Below are positions 1-26,225 of a stretch of 64,000 nucleotides of DNA, piece after piece. The notes beneath the pieces were generated by a model, which saw nothing but the letters and a program-made list of their open reading frames with translations, was not told the DNA's origin and made no database searches. The stretch comes from Macrostomum lignano (Eukaryota): NCBI GenBank assembly GCA_002269645.1, contig NIVC01001781.1:62001-126000 (forward strand), in the 5' to 3' direction. Both the position numbers and the translations under genes were made by a program. How positions within the stretch are numbered: position 1 is the first letter of the stretch; the number at the start of each line of letters is the position of its first letter.

Positions 1-84
1 AGGCTTACAGGCTACATATTGACATTGTAATGTATCTTCATATCTTTTTCAAAAGCAATCATATTTTGTAATTATTTACTTATT

Positions 85-314
85 ACATTATCTCAGTCAA
101 GATATGCTGAATCAGATGGGCAAACTCATTATAAACAATTGATGATTTATATTTGATATATTTGTTAATTTATAAATCAACAAAGGCTGCACCTTTGTAC
201 TTTTATAGCCATAGGCTAGGCTTACCAAATTAATTAATATCAAATGTAAAAAATCATCAATTGTTTATAATGAGTTTGCCCCTCTGATTCAGCATATCTT
301 GGCTGAGATAATGT
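85..314. mobile_element. Small MITE-like inverted-repeat element
   Basis: Arm 85-148 (ACATTATCTCAGTCAAGATATGCTGAATCAGATGGGCAAACTCATTATAAACAATTGATGATTT) is the reverse complement of 251-314 with ~2 mismatches. The spacer motif (GCTGCACCTTTGTA...GGCTTACCAAATT) recurs near 2463-2510. No TSD identified. Confidence 0.55.
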
Positions 315-2222
315 GATTAAAACAAGTTGCAAAACCAACTTTTGAACTTTTTTTAGTTTAAAGTTGCTGAATCAGCGCAGTGATCTTTTATGATCAATCA
401 ATGATTTATATTTATAATATATGAATTAATATTTGTCAATAAAACAAGCTAGAAGGTTAAAACAAACTATATATAAAATTAAAATACTTACATCATCAGA
501 TAAAAACATTAGCAACTATATAATCTATTATATTTTTAATATATTAGTACTTCAAAGTTACTGAATTGACAGAAAAGAATATGTTACGACCATAATGTTA
601 CGACCATAAGGCTGCCTTTTCTTTTGTATCTTTGTTGCCTTTTTGAGTTTATATATTCTAATAAAAGAGTATGACTTCTAAAGATGTTAAATGTCAAAGA
701 TGTCAAATAAAAAAAAATTATTGCAAAATATCAGAAATGAAAAATGATATAAGACTTTTACCTTTTAGTTTCTATATGTCAAAAATCCCGTTGTTACGAC
801 TATAAGTGCCATTCAAGGTTTAATAGCATCTATACTAATGATGATATCTATATGAAACTTTATAAACATATTCTTGACAAAATAATCTTTTATTCAAAAT
901 ATTGGTTTAGTATATTCTATTATTAGATTTCATTTTATAAGTAAAAATAGTCTATCATGTTACAACCATAATTATATAAAATGGCCCTCTAGAAAGTACA
1001 ATAAAATCAAAATAATACTATATACAAATAACTCACAATATGAAATAAGTACAAAATATGATTACTTTTAAAATAGATATAATAATATATAATAATATGA
1101 CAAGAGACATACCATACTCTGGAAGGTGACTGGTACGCCGGAGATTTCCGGCGTACCAAATGAGTTTTCCGAAAAATTGGCGTACTACCATTGGCGTACC
1201 ACCGATTCAAAAAAGCATTTGGCATACCACCTTTGGCGTACCACCAAGCTGAAGTTGAATTGGCGTACCACTTTTAGCGTACCATTGGCACCACCAGGCA
1301 AAAAAATCGTTGCCAGAGTAAAAACTTTTTGTAATTTTGCCTAAATTACGACATACAAGATACGACTACATCACACAACAATGTATTTTACGTAAAAAAT
1401 TGCATATATTTTTTCCTGCATTGTATAACTTGATTAATCATTTTATAAATATATTAATAAAATAATTTAGCCTAGTATTATTGGTAAATAAATTTCTGAG
1501 CACTGATTATATCTGTTATTTTTTAATAATTGTTAAAGTTTGTCCGCCATATTTTTACCATTTTCAAAGTCGAAATTTTTAGTGCCGCAACGTTATACAC
1601 TGAGGGATCCCCACGTCTTTCTTTTGGCGTACCACTGGCGTACCACTTGGGAATCCTCCTTTTTCCTTCCGGCGTACCACATTACACCATCCGGACTATG
1701 GGAGACATAATCTATGTTTTTATTCTTCCAGTAGGCTTTTGCTACTCTTTAGAAAGTATTTGTAGATAGGCTAGTTTAATGCTATTGCTTAGCTATTAGG
1801 CTAGTTTTGGCTTAGCCTTTTAAAGAAATTTATCCAAAATTGTAGGGCTTAGCCAAGTTTTAAACTATACTGGATACCTCCTTTTCTTTCATATATATGT
1901 AACCCCCCCTCCCCTAGTCTACAATGGCTATGCAACTTACTTATGAAAGAAACAAGCAGATTAATACACTTTTGGATAAATAGCAGGACCACAATTTACA
2001 GTGGCCAAATTGGCCAGGTTGGCCAACAGTTGTGCATGTATGGTTTTTCCTATATTAGACTAACTTTTAGCTAGCATGCCAGTGCTAGACTTGCCTATAT
2101 TATATATTAGATTTTATCTTTAAAAAAAGAAAATAAAGATAGACTATTTAGTATTGGTTGCAATATGGGATTTTGCAGTTTTTAAGAAAGATTTTCTTAT
2201 AAGGCAGTGCTTATCCCCATAG

Positions 2223-2406
2223 CAGTGGCGCAACCAGGGGGGGGGCGGTCGCCCCCCCCCTTAGGCGGGGGACTGAAAAAAAATCAAAGGGGGGACCAAG
2301 CGAATTTTCGCCAAAAACAGAGCCACCCCTCCGCCGCCCCCCCCCTCCCGTGACTTTACCCTCAGAATCCGCCCCCCCCCTTGAAAAATTTCTGGTTGCG
2401 CTACTG
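2223..2406. mobile_element. Non-autonomous hAT-type MITE (184 bp)
   Basis: 15-bp TIR CAGTGGCGCAACCAG / CTGGTTGCGCTACTG with 1 mismatch. Perfect 8-bp TSD CCCCATAG at 2215-2222 and 2407-2414. G/C-run-rich interior contrasts with AT-rich flanks. Confidence 0.85.
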
Positions 2407-3684
2407 CCCCATAGTATTATAAAAATAATTTGTCTTATATTCTTATAATACTAGCCTTTTAATGCTGCACCTTTGTAATTTTATTGCTGTAGGCTAAGCT
2501 TACCAAATTTGTTATCTCAGTAGCCTAATTATAAATTTATAAAAATCCCTAATTTCTTTTTTAAAGGCAAAAAGCAAAAATATAAAGCCAAACTATAGAA
2601 TATCTTTGTCTATCTTGTCAGTGTGCTATGGAGATAAGATAAAAAATTATTCCTATGGCATATGTAAAAAAAATAGCTATCTTGTTAGTATACTATATGA
2701 ATATAATAGAAATTATTTCTATGGCATATATAGATCAAAACAATAAGATGGCTTGTATAGCTTACCTTTAATCTTGTTTTATTATTGCCAGTATATTATA
2801 TAAGCCTATTTGTATCTATATACCTTGAGTTTTTTGGCAAGAGACTAGATACAAAATTGCATTTTATAACCAATTTCAGTATATAATTTCAAGGCTTAGA
2901 GTGCAATTTCCCTTACTTTAAAAAACTAAAAATATATCTACTATTGGAGACAAGGTTAGAACTATAATACTTTTTTTCCTATGCCTAACTGTGCTAGCAT
3001 GCTAGACTGCTAGATTATGCCTATATTGCCAAAGGCCAATCTGTGGTACATTTTGTCTGCAATAATGACCATTGACTATAATAGAAGAAATCTATATATA
3101 TATATATATATATTTAAATTTTAAGACCAATTGTCAAATCCAATTTTTTTAATTTCAATATTTTTGGAACTGTATTATTTACTATCTAGTAAAGCAGTAA
3201 TATTATAATTTTAAAAAAGTATTTTGATTTGTTAAAACTTCTTTTAGTATGCTTGAAAAACTTTAGTTGATTACTTGACCAAATTTGAAAATTGTGCTGT
3301 CTTCTTACTTAGGCAAGTAAGATTTATCAAATAGAATAAAAATTATCAGAAATAGAACAAGAAAAAAATTCTATAACTATATCTGAGTCTAAATGTTCTG
3401 CCTGAAAACCTCTGTTACTACATCTATAATTCCCATAAGCTAGATCCATATCTATGACAAAATTCCTATTTACATATTTAAACATATTATTTCTAATCCT
3501 GAAAGTAAGGTACTATTAAAAATTTCAAATTTTTATCAGGTAATTTTCTATGAAAAATTTTATTAATATTATATATTTCTCTAATTATTAATATAAATGT
3601 TTTGAAAATTAAGTAACCGTTTTTTTACAGTTGATCTTGGTCTGCCTTTAGGGTTGCAAATCCAAATGCAGGCCTCACAGCAGA

Positions 3685-19038
<15,354 letters not shown>

Positions 19039-20439
19039 ACAGCAGAAGCAGAGCACTAGCTGCAACAGAATTATTACGATCATGTGTTATTTGTTTATCA
19101 CCCTCTGTCAGATTGTGTCAGCCTGGGTAGTAGGTGCGTAGTTTTTAATTAATCTCTCCCGAGGTAAAGTGCGAAGTGTGAGCACTCTGTTTTGAAGAAA
19201 GAAAATCCAGAACTTTGATCTGCTGTTGACTCTTTCTGTTTTCTCTTATTTATTTCAGTAACTGTGCGACACTGTGACTTTTCTTGCGTAACTCGCCAGA
19301 ATTATCCGGTATACGCTACTAGCAGTAGTTTCCCCGCCTGTTTTTATATTTATATGCACAAACAAGCAATAGGCTACTCGATATGCGCTGCGTGTACCTC
19401 GCTTGTTCTTTCCTGACCCTCACGGCTGAGTAACTCATCCCATAGCCACCTCCCAGTCTGTACCTATCAAGGTTATGAATAATTATTAGTTACGCCGTTA
19501 GATTAACCGCATGTACATTGTATGGCCATGCCTTTGATTAATTTAGTAAATTTATTTAATAATTACTTCGTCTTTTTCTACTATTATAATTATAATTACC
19601 AAGTTTTTTGTGTTCCTCTTTCAGTTCGCTTGTGTTGTTGTTGTTTTTTGTTTTCTTCAGTTTGTTTTGTTTGTTTGTTTGTTGCCTGCCCAAAACACAC
19701 TGGCTAAGCCCTCTCTCATCTCTCAATCTGCGCACCGGTCTGCTTAATATAATTAATAAAATATGTAATAACTCATGGCTCGCGCCTGTCCGTTCGTTAC
19801 TCAGCAGTCCCCGCCCCCTCGGTGTCAGCCAGTGAGCGTAATCTTTTCCTATTCTTAAATATTCGAATCCTTGTTTCCAACTTGAACTGACTCGACTACT
19901 TCAATCGGTTTTGCTAATGATGATGATTATTATATTATTATTACTATTATTATTATTAATGCACAAAGTTGGCATCCTGTTTTGTGAGTGTTTTTTTATT
20001 ATTTCATTTTCACGAGCTAAGCTTTCCTTATGAGTTACCAGCCTTTTTCCTGTGAGTAAATAATTCTATAAAATTGTACGCATATGTTATCTATACATAT
20101 TATAATATATCTATATCTTAGGCTCCCAGTTTTTCAACTTGTTCTTTTTGCAAACTAAGTGCATCAATTTGGTTCTTACTCTCTCACTCTCTCTGCGCGT
20201 CTGTGTCTGCGGCTCAAGAATCCCGTTGAGTTAATATATATTATATATAAATATGCATATATAATTAATACACATATATCTATTCAAAATTATGAAAACT
20301 AATGCAGACAAACAAGCTGGATAAAGTCCCCGAAAATACGGATTCTTCGTGTCGATATTGTGGCTTTTTATTTTGCCTAATTTATTTTAATTCTGTAGCT
20401 TATTTTGCAGCTAGGTCTCGGTTAAAAGTACAAAGTGTG

Positions 20440-21495
20440 TCGTCTTATTTCTGGGAGTGGAGTGTGGCTTCCACCGGTGTCATCTCATCTCTGGGTGGGG
20501 AGTAGATCCCACCGGTGTCATCTCATCTCTCTGGGGTGGAGAGTGGATCCCACCGGTGTCATCTCATCTCTCTGGGGTGGAGAGTGGATCCCACCGGTGT
20601 CATCTCATCTCTCTGGGGTGGAGAGTGGATCCCACCGGTGTCATCTCATCTCTCTGGGGTGGAGAGTGGATCCCACCGGTGTCATCTCATCTCTCTGGGG
20701 TGGAGAGTGGATCCCACCGGTGTCATCTCATCTCTCTGGGGTGGAGAGTGGATCCCACCGGTGTCATCTCATCTCTCTGGGGTGGAGAGTGGATCCCACC
20801 GGTGTCATCTCATCTCTCTGGGGTGGAGAGTGGATCCCACCGGTGTCATCTCATCTCTCTGGGGTGGAGAGTGGATCCCACCGGTGTCATCTCATCTCTC
20901 TGGGGTGGAGAGTGGATCCCACCGGTGTCATCTCATCTCTCTGGGGTGGAGAGTGGATCCCACCGGTGTCATCTCATCTCTCTGGGGTGGAGAGTGGATC
21001 CCACCGGTGTCATCTCATCTCTCTGGGGTGGAGAGTGGATCCCACCGGTGTCATCTCATCTCTCTGGGGTGGAGAGTGGATCCCACCGGTGTCATCTCAT
21101 CTCTCTGGGGGTGGAGAGTGGATCCCACCGGTGTCATCTCATCTCTCTGGGGTGGAGAGTGGATCCCACCGGTGTCATCTCATCTCTCTGGGGTGGAGAG
21201 TGGATCCCACCGGTGTCATCTCATCTCTGGGGGTGGAGAGTGGATCCCACCGGTGTCATCTCATCTCTCTGGGGTGGAGAGTGGATCCCACCGGTGTCAT
21301 CTTATCTCTCTGGGGTGGAGAGTGGATCCCACCGGTGTCATCTCATCTCTGGGGGTGGAGAGTGGATCCCACCGGTGTCATCTCATCTCTCTGGGGTGGA
21401 GAGTGGATCCCACCGGTGTCATCTCATCTCTGGGGGCTGGAGAGTGGCTCCCACCGATGCCATCTCATCTCTGGGGTGGGAAGTAGCTCCCACCG
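20440..21495. repeat. 41-bp minisatellite
   Basis: Unit GGATCCCACCGGTGTCATCTCATCTCTCTGGGGTGGAGAGT, about 25 highly homogeneous copies. Confidence 0.95.
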
Positions 21496-21967
21496 ATGTA
21501 CATTGTATAACTTGTTTTTATGTTTAAAGGTCGGCCTCCCCTCTAAGTCGGCTGCTTCTTATGGCGATATTTTTATGGGGTTCAGAGATTTTTAAATGTT
21601 ATGGTATAGTCAAATTCCTAAGAAGCGGTATGTCATGTTTAAAAAATCAGATTTTTATGCCAGTAACGCATAGATTAGATTGCCCGCCGAGCTTTTCCCG
21701 ACGAGGTTTGCCCGCAATGCTTTTTCCTGCAGAGCATTTTACCACATGTAGCTCACAGATGAATTAGCTCACAGGTGTATCCATGTACATGTATGTATGA
21801 AACATACATGTACATTTTGTTTGAAACATTTTTTTCTGTTCTAATTTTATTATTGAAAGCCAAAAAATTGCACCAACAAAGATAAAGACTCGGTATTTTG
21901 TATTCCCTAATAAGCAGACGCGAAAAGAAATCACTTGTTGGACGGCGGTATGATTGACTTCACATTA

Positions 21968-23273
21968 CGAGGGGCACTAGATAAGTTTCTAGCTGCGGTC
22001 GACATGTAACAGTTATAAAGATGAAACTTTCAGAGCTTTTCAAAGTACTCTCCATCAGCTTGGATGCACCGCCTCATCCGCTCAAACCAAGTTTCAAAGC
22101 AGTGGCGCCACTCTGAGTGGGATACCCCCTCAACGGCCGATCTATAGGCATCAACAGCCTCTTCGGCGGAGGAAAATCGGCACCCTCGCATGGAATTCTT
22201 GATGAATGGAAATAAAAAAAAGTCACACGGTGCCAGGTCAGGTGAATATGGTGGATGACTGAGCTGCTGGAAGCCCACCGTCTGTAGAAACTCTCGAGTT
22301 CGATTCGCCGTGTGCGCACTGGCGCTGTCCTGGTGCAGCCAGAGACCTCGAACGCCGCACTTTGGCCGCGCCTCTTTAAGGCTGCTGATGACACGCGGCA
22401 GGCAGACGGTGCAGTACCAATCTGCAGTCACTGTGCGCTGGCTCTCGAGTGCTACAGTCGCAATGTGGCCAGTCTTTTGGAAGAAAGTTGCCACCATTTG
22501 CTTGCCAGTGCTCCGACCCCTGACAACCTTGGTCGGCGGGGCTTCATCTTCAAAAGCCCACACACGCGACTGGCATTTCCGCTCGGGTTCGTAGCAATAC
22601 ACCCACGTTTCGTCACATGTGACAATGTCTGTGACAGACTTCGACGTCCCTCCGCCAAACCTGTCCAGCATTTCCTGGCACCAGCTCATGCGGGCCTGCT
22701 TCTGCTCGGTGGTGAGCAAATGCGGCACCCAGCGACTGGTCAGCTTGCGGACAGCGAGGTGATCACGAAGGATAGAAGCGACTGTCGGCGATGAGATTCC
22801 AAGACATGCCTCAATCGTTTGATACGTCACTCGCCGATCAGCCTCAATCATGCGCCGCACGCGGTCGATAGTTTCAGGTGTCGTCACTGAAACAGGTCGG
22901 CCGGTTCGACCTTCGTCTTCCAAGCTGTCTCGGCCACGCTTGAACTCCCGGAACCAGGCGGTGACGGTGGCGATGGATGGCGCAAGGTTAGGAAAGGCAG
23001 CAGACAGCCGCTCGTGGCACTGGTGAAATGTCAAGCCGCTCTTAAAATCGTAGAAAATCATGGCACGAAAGTGTTCACGATTGAGCTCCATTACAGTGCT
23101 GAAAGAGTCACAGACCTTGTTGAGATAAAATGCGACAGTGAGAGAATGGTGACAATTAGGTGCATGAAACTTTGGGGACCATGATAAAACTTCTTATTCA
23201 ATATGCTCAGAAAATATGGCCTAATTTGAATAAACGGTTTGACCGCAGCTAAAAACTTATCTAGTGCCCCTCG
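21968..23273 (-). mobile_element. Full-length mariner (DD34D) transposon, 1306 bp
   Basis: 33-bp TIRs CGAGGGGCACTAGATAAGTTT(C/T)TAGCTGCGGTC at 21968-22000 and 23241-23273 with 1 mismatch. TA target duplication on both sides. Single intact transposase ORF. Confidence 0.97.
22030..23091 (-). CDS. Mariner transposase, 353 aa, resembling the mellifera subfamily (Famar1/Ammar1 type)
   Basis: WVPHLL linker, TCDETW, HQDSASAH and YSPDLAPCD motifs, with exactly 34 residues between the 2nd and 3rd Asp. N-terminus MELNREHFRAMIFYDF and C-terminus GEYFEKL resemble Famar1 as recalled. Confidence 0.95.
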   Translation of the reverse strand: MELNREHFRAMIFYDFKSGLTFHQCHERLSAAFPNLAPSIATVTAWFREFKRGRDSLEDEGRTGRPVSVTTPETIDRVRRMIEADRRVTYQTIEACLGISSPTVASILRDHLAVRKLTSRWVPHLLTTEQKQARMSWCQEMLDRFGGGTSKSVTDIVTCDETWVYCYEPERKCQSRVWAFEDEAPPTKVVRGRSTGKQMVATFFQKTGHIATVALESQRTVTADWYCTVCLPRVISSLKEARPKCGVRGLWLHQDSASAHTANRTREFLQTVGFQQLSHPPYSPDLAPCDFFLFPFIKNSMRGCRFSSAEEAVDAYRSAVEGVSHSEWRHCFETWFERMRRCIQADGEYFEKL

Positions 23274-23746
23274 TAATTGAGCAATTCGTCCTGGGATTTT
23301 TCCAATTCAATTATTTGTGTTTTAATTATTCAATATTTCCAAACTAAGAGAGCAGACTGATTAAATTAATTTGATTATTAGACTATTATAATTGTTTTAG
23401 AAAAACACAAAGGCCCAATGGCTTTATCCTGCTGCAGTGCAGTGTTTAAGTTCGATTTCAATTCATGCGATAACTCTTATCTATACTCGCGCTTCGTTTG
23501 AGCTGGCATTTGTGTGGACCAATCTTGTTTGTGCATGGACGATGGACCCTCTTCTGGTCAACTTGCGCGTGATAATTGTCTGATTAGTGTAATACGGCGT
23601 TTATATGCTGATTAACCTGATTTTAACTTGCACATGTACAATTGCCACTCTCGGGACCTGCATGTACATGTACAACTTATCAACTATTTTAGCGCTCCTT
23701 ATTAACTCGGCGTTCACTTGGCCACTTATTAACTTGTATTGGACCA

Positions 23747-24998
23747 TTTTGGCGCCTCCAGATCAACTGTTTTGGCGCCTCCAGATCAACCGTTTTGGCG
23801 CCTCCAGATCAACCGTTTTGGCGCCTCCAGATCAACTGTTTTGGCGCTTCCAGATCAACCGTTTTAGCGCCTCCAGATCAACTGTTTTGGCGCCTCCAGA
23901 TCCACCGTTTTGGCGCCTCCAGATCAACCGTTTTGGCGCCTCCAGATCAACCGTTTTGGCGCCTCCAGATCAACTGTTTTAGCGCCTCTAAATCAACTGT
24001 TTTGGCGCCTCCAGATCAACTGTTTTAGCGCCTCCAGATCAACTGTTTTGGCGCCTCCAGATCAACTGTTTTAGCGCCTCTAAATCAACTGTTTTTGCGC
24101 CTCCAGATCAACCGTTTTGGCGCCTCCAGATCAACCGTTTTGGCGCCTCCAGATCAACCGTTTTGGCGCCTCCAGATCAACTGTTTTAGCGCCTCTAAAT
24201 CAACTGTTTTGGCGCCTCCAGATCAACCGTTTTGGCGCCTCCAGATCCACCGTTTTGGCGCCTCCAGATCAACCGTTTTGGCGCCTCCAGATCAACTGTT
24301 TTGGCGCCTCCAGATCAACTGTTTTAGCGCCTCTAAATCAACTGTTTTGGCGCCTCCAGATCAACTGTTTTAGCGCCTCCAGATCAACTGTTTTGGCGCC
24401 TCCAGATCAACTGTTTTAGCGCCTCTAAATCAACTGTTTTGGCGCCTCCAGATCAACTGTTTTAGCGCCTCTAAATCAACTGTTTTGGCGCCTCCAGATC
24501 AACCGTTTTGGCGCCTCCAGATCAACCGTTTTGGCGCCTCCAGATCAACCGTTTTGGCGCCTCCAGATCAACTGTTTTAGCGCCTCTAAATCAACTGTTT
24601 TGGCGCCTCCAGATCAACCGTTTTGGCGCCTCCAGATCAACCGTTTTAGCGCCTCCAGATCAACTGTTTTAGCGCCTCTAAATCAACTGTTTTGGCGCCT
24701 CCAGATCAACTGTTTTAGCGCCTCCAGATCAACTGTTTTAGCGCCTCTAAATCAACTGTTTTGGCGCCTCAAGATCAACCGTTTTGGCGCCTCCAGATCA
24801 ACCGTTTTGGCGCCTCCAGATCAACCGTTTTGGCGCCTCCAGATCAACTGTTTTGGCGCCTCCAGATCAACTGTTTTGGCGCCTCCAGATCAACTGTTTT
24901 TGCGCCTCCAGATCAACTGTTTTGGCGCCTCCAGATCAACTGTTTTTGCGCCTCCAGATCAACCGTTTTGGCGCCTCCAGATCAACTGTTTTGGCGCT
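23747..24998. repeat. 23-bp minisatellite with TTTTGGCGCC core
   Basis: Unit TTTTGGCGCCTCCAGATCAAC(C/T)G, about 54 copies. Confidence 0.95.
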
Positions 24999-25605
24999 TC
25001 TCATTAACTGTACTGGTTGATGAGCGTTCTAATAAAAATAGATCAAAGACGCCGTCGCCCGCTGCCCCTATCTTTGTTGAACCGCGCGGCGTGCGCCAAT
25101 TAGCAACCATAAATAGTTATTGCGCAATGGGTCTTGGCTATAGTTGAACATCTCCTATAACGTTCACTCACCAATATTATTAGGCGGCATTTTTAATAGA
25201 TCCGTTTGAACATGGCAGGTGACGCGGCTTAATTTGGCGGTGAGGGGTCTCGGTGGGAGTGGAGGGTGGGTGGATGGGTTTAAGACTGTTTCGCACCTGG
25301 AATTTTTATTGCTTTACATAGATATTAGATAATATAAGGTAGATAGAGAGCAGCGTAATTGTGATCTGTCGGCAAATATGCAGCGGGTGAAAGATGAAAA
25401 AAAATAAATCCTTCTTATAGCTTGCAAATTCCTTGCCAATTCATCTCTAGAATGTTAAATTTATATTCAACCTTAATATAATTGCTCTTGTCTTGTGTCA
25501 GGTGCAATGGATTAGCGGTTCCCTGAACACCTGGACCAACCTAAGAAACAGGAAATGGGGACCAAAGTTCAGGGCTCTTTGTAGGGATTTATCATTGAAA
25601 GAGCG

Positions 25606-25726
25606 CTGGTGCTGGCGCCCCTGGTGCTGGCGCCCCTGGTGCTGGCGCCCCTGGTGCTGGCGCCCCTGGTGCTGGCGCCCCTGGTGCTGGCGCCCCTGGT
25701 GCTGGCGCCCCTGGTGCTGGCGCCCC
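25606..25726. repeat. 15-bp tandem repeat (CTGGTGCTGGCGCCC)x8
   Basis: Perfect tandem copies, followed by an inverted partial copy GGGGCGCCAGCGCCAGG at ~25738-25755. Confidence 0.95.
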
Positions 25727-26016
25727 GAACTCATCGAAGGGGCGCCAGCGCCAGGATTATTGAACCCAACGGGAAACTACAGAAAATTGTTTTCATTTGC
25801 TTGAAATTGGGCGTAAGGCTTTGATAGCAAAAAGGTGGTCAATCGAACCTTTCCTTTCAATTATTCTTTAAAGCTACAGTCTAGATCAATGTTTTTAATT
25901 TTTTTTGTTAATACATTTCGAGCCTATATGAACTCAAAATAAAAACAAAAACAATTTTGTCCGTGTAGTCGGTAGGTGTGCCTTCCAGTCCAAGTAAATC
26001 TAAGGGTCCCTGAAAA

Positions 26017-26085
26017 CAGCCAATAGCGGAGTTGTTGCAATCCTATTGGCTGAGAGAATTGAGGACGATTTCTCCCTCAGCCAAT
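26017..26085 (+). promoter_or_regulatory. Putative CCAAT-box promoter cluster of the PDZ gene
   Basis: CAGCCAAT at 26017-26024, inverted ATTGGCTGAG at 26045-26054 and CTCAGCCAAT at 26076-26085, lying 140-210 bp upstream of ATG 26226. Confidence 0.4.
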
Positions 26086-26225
26086 CTGCTGCGATCCGAC
26101 GCCTCATTGTGTCAGCTTTCAGCTGGATTGAGATATTTAAATCTGAGACAATTTTAATTTAGTTTTATAGTTTAAAAACAGTTGGTAGCAGAAAATCGCA
26201 TCGCATCCCGCGAAGAACTCATCGA

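Noticed and set aside
20440-21495. Regular repeats superficially like a CRISPR array
   Set aside because: There are no unique spacers and no cas genes, and the context is eukaryotic. The same applies to all arrays in this window.
20435-21595. Three ~320-390 aa ORFs
   Set aside because: 41-bp tandem repeat read in three frames.
22074-22794. Alternate-frame ORFs within the mariner
   Set aside because: Shadows of the GC-rich transposase gene with no motifs.
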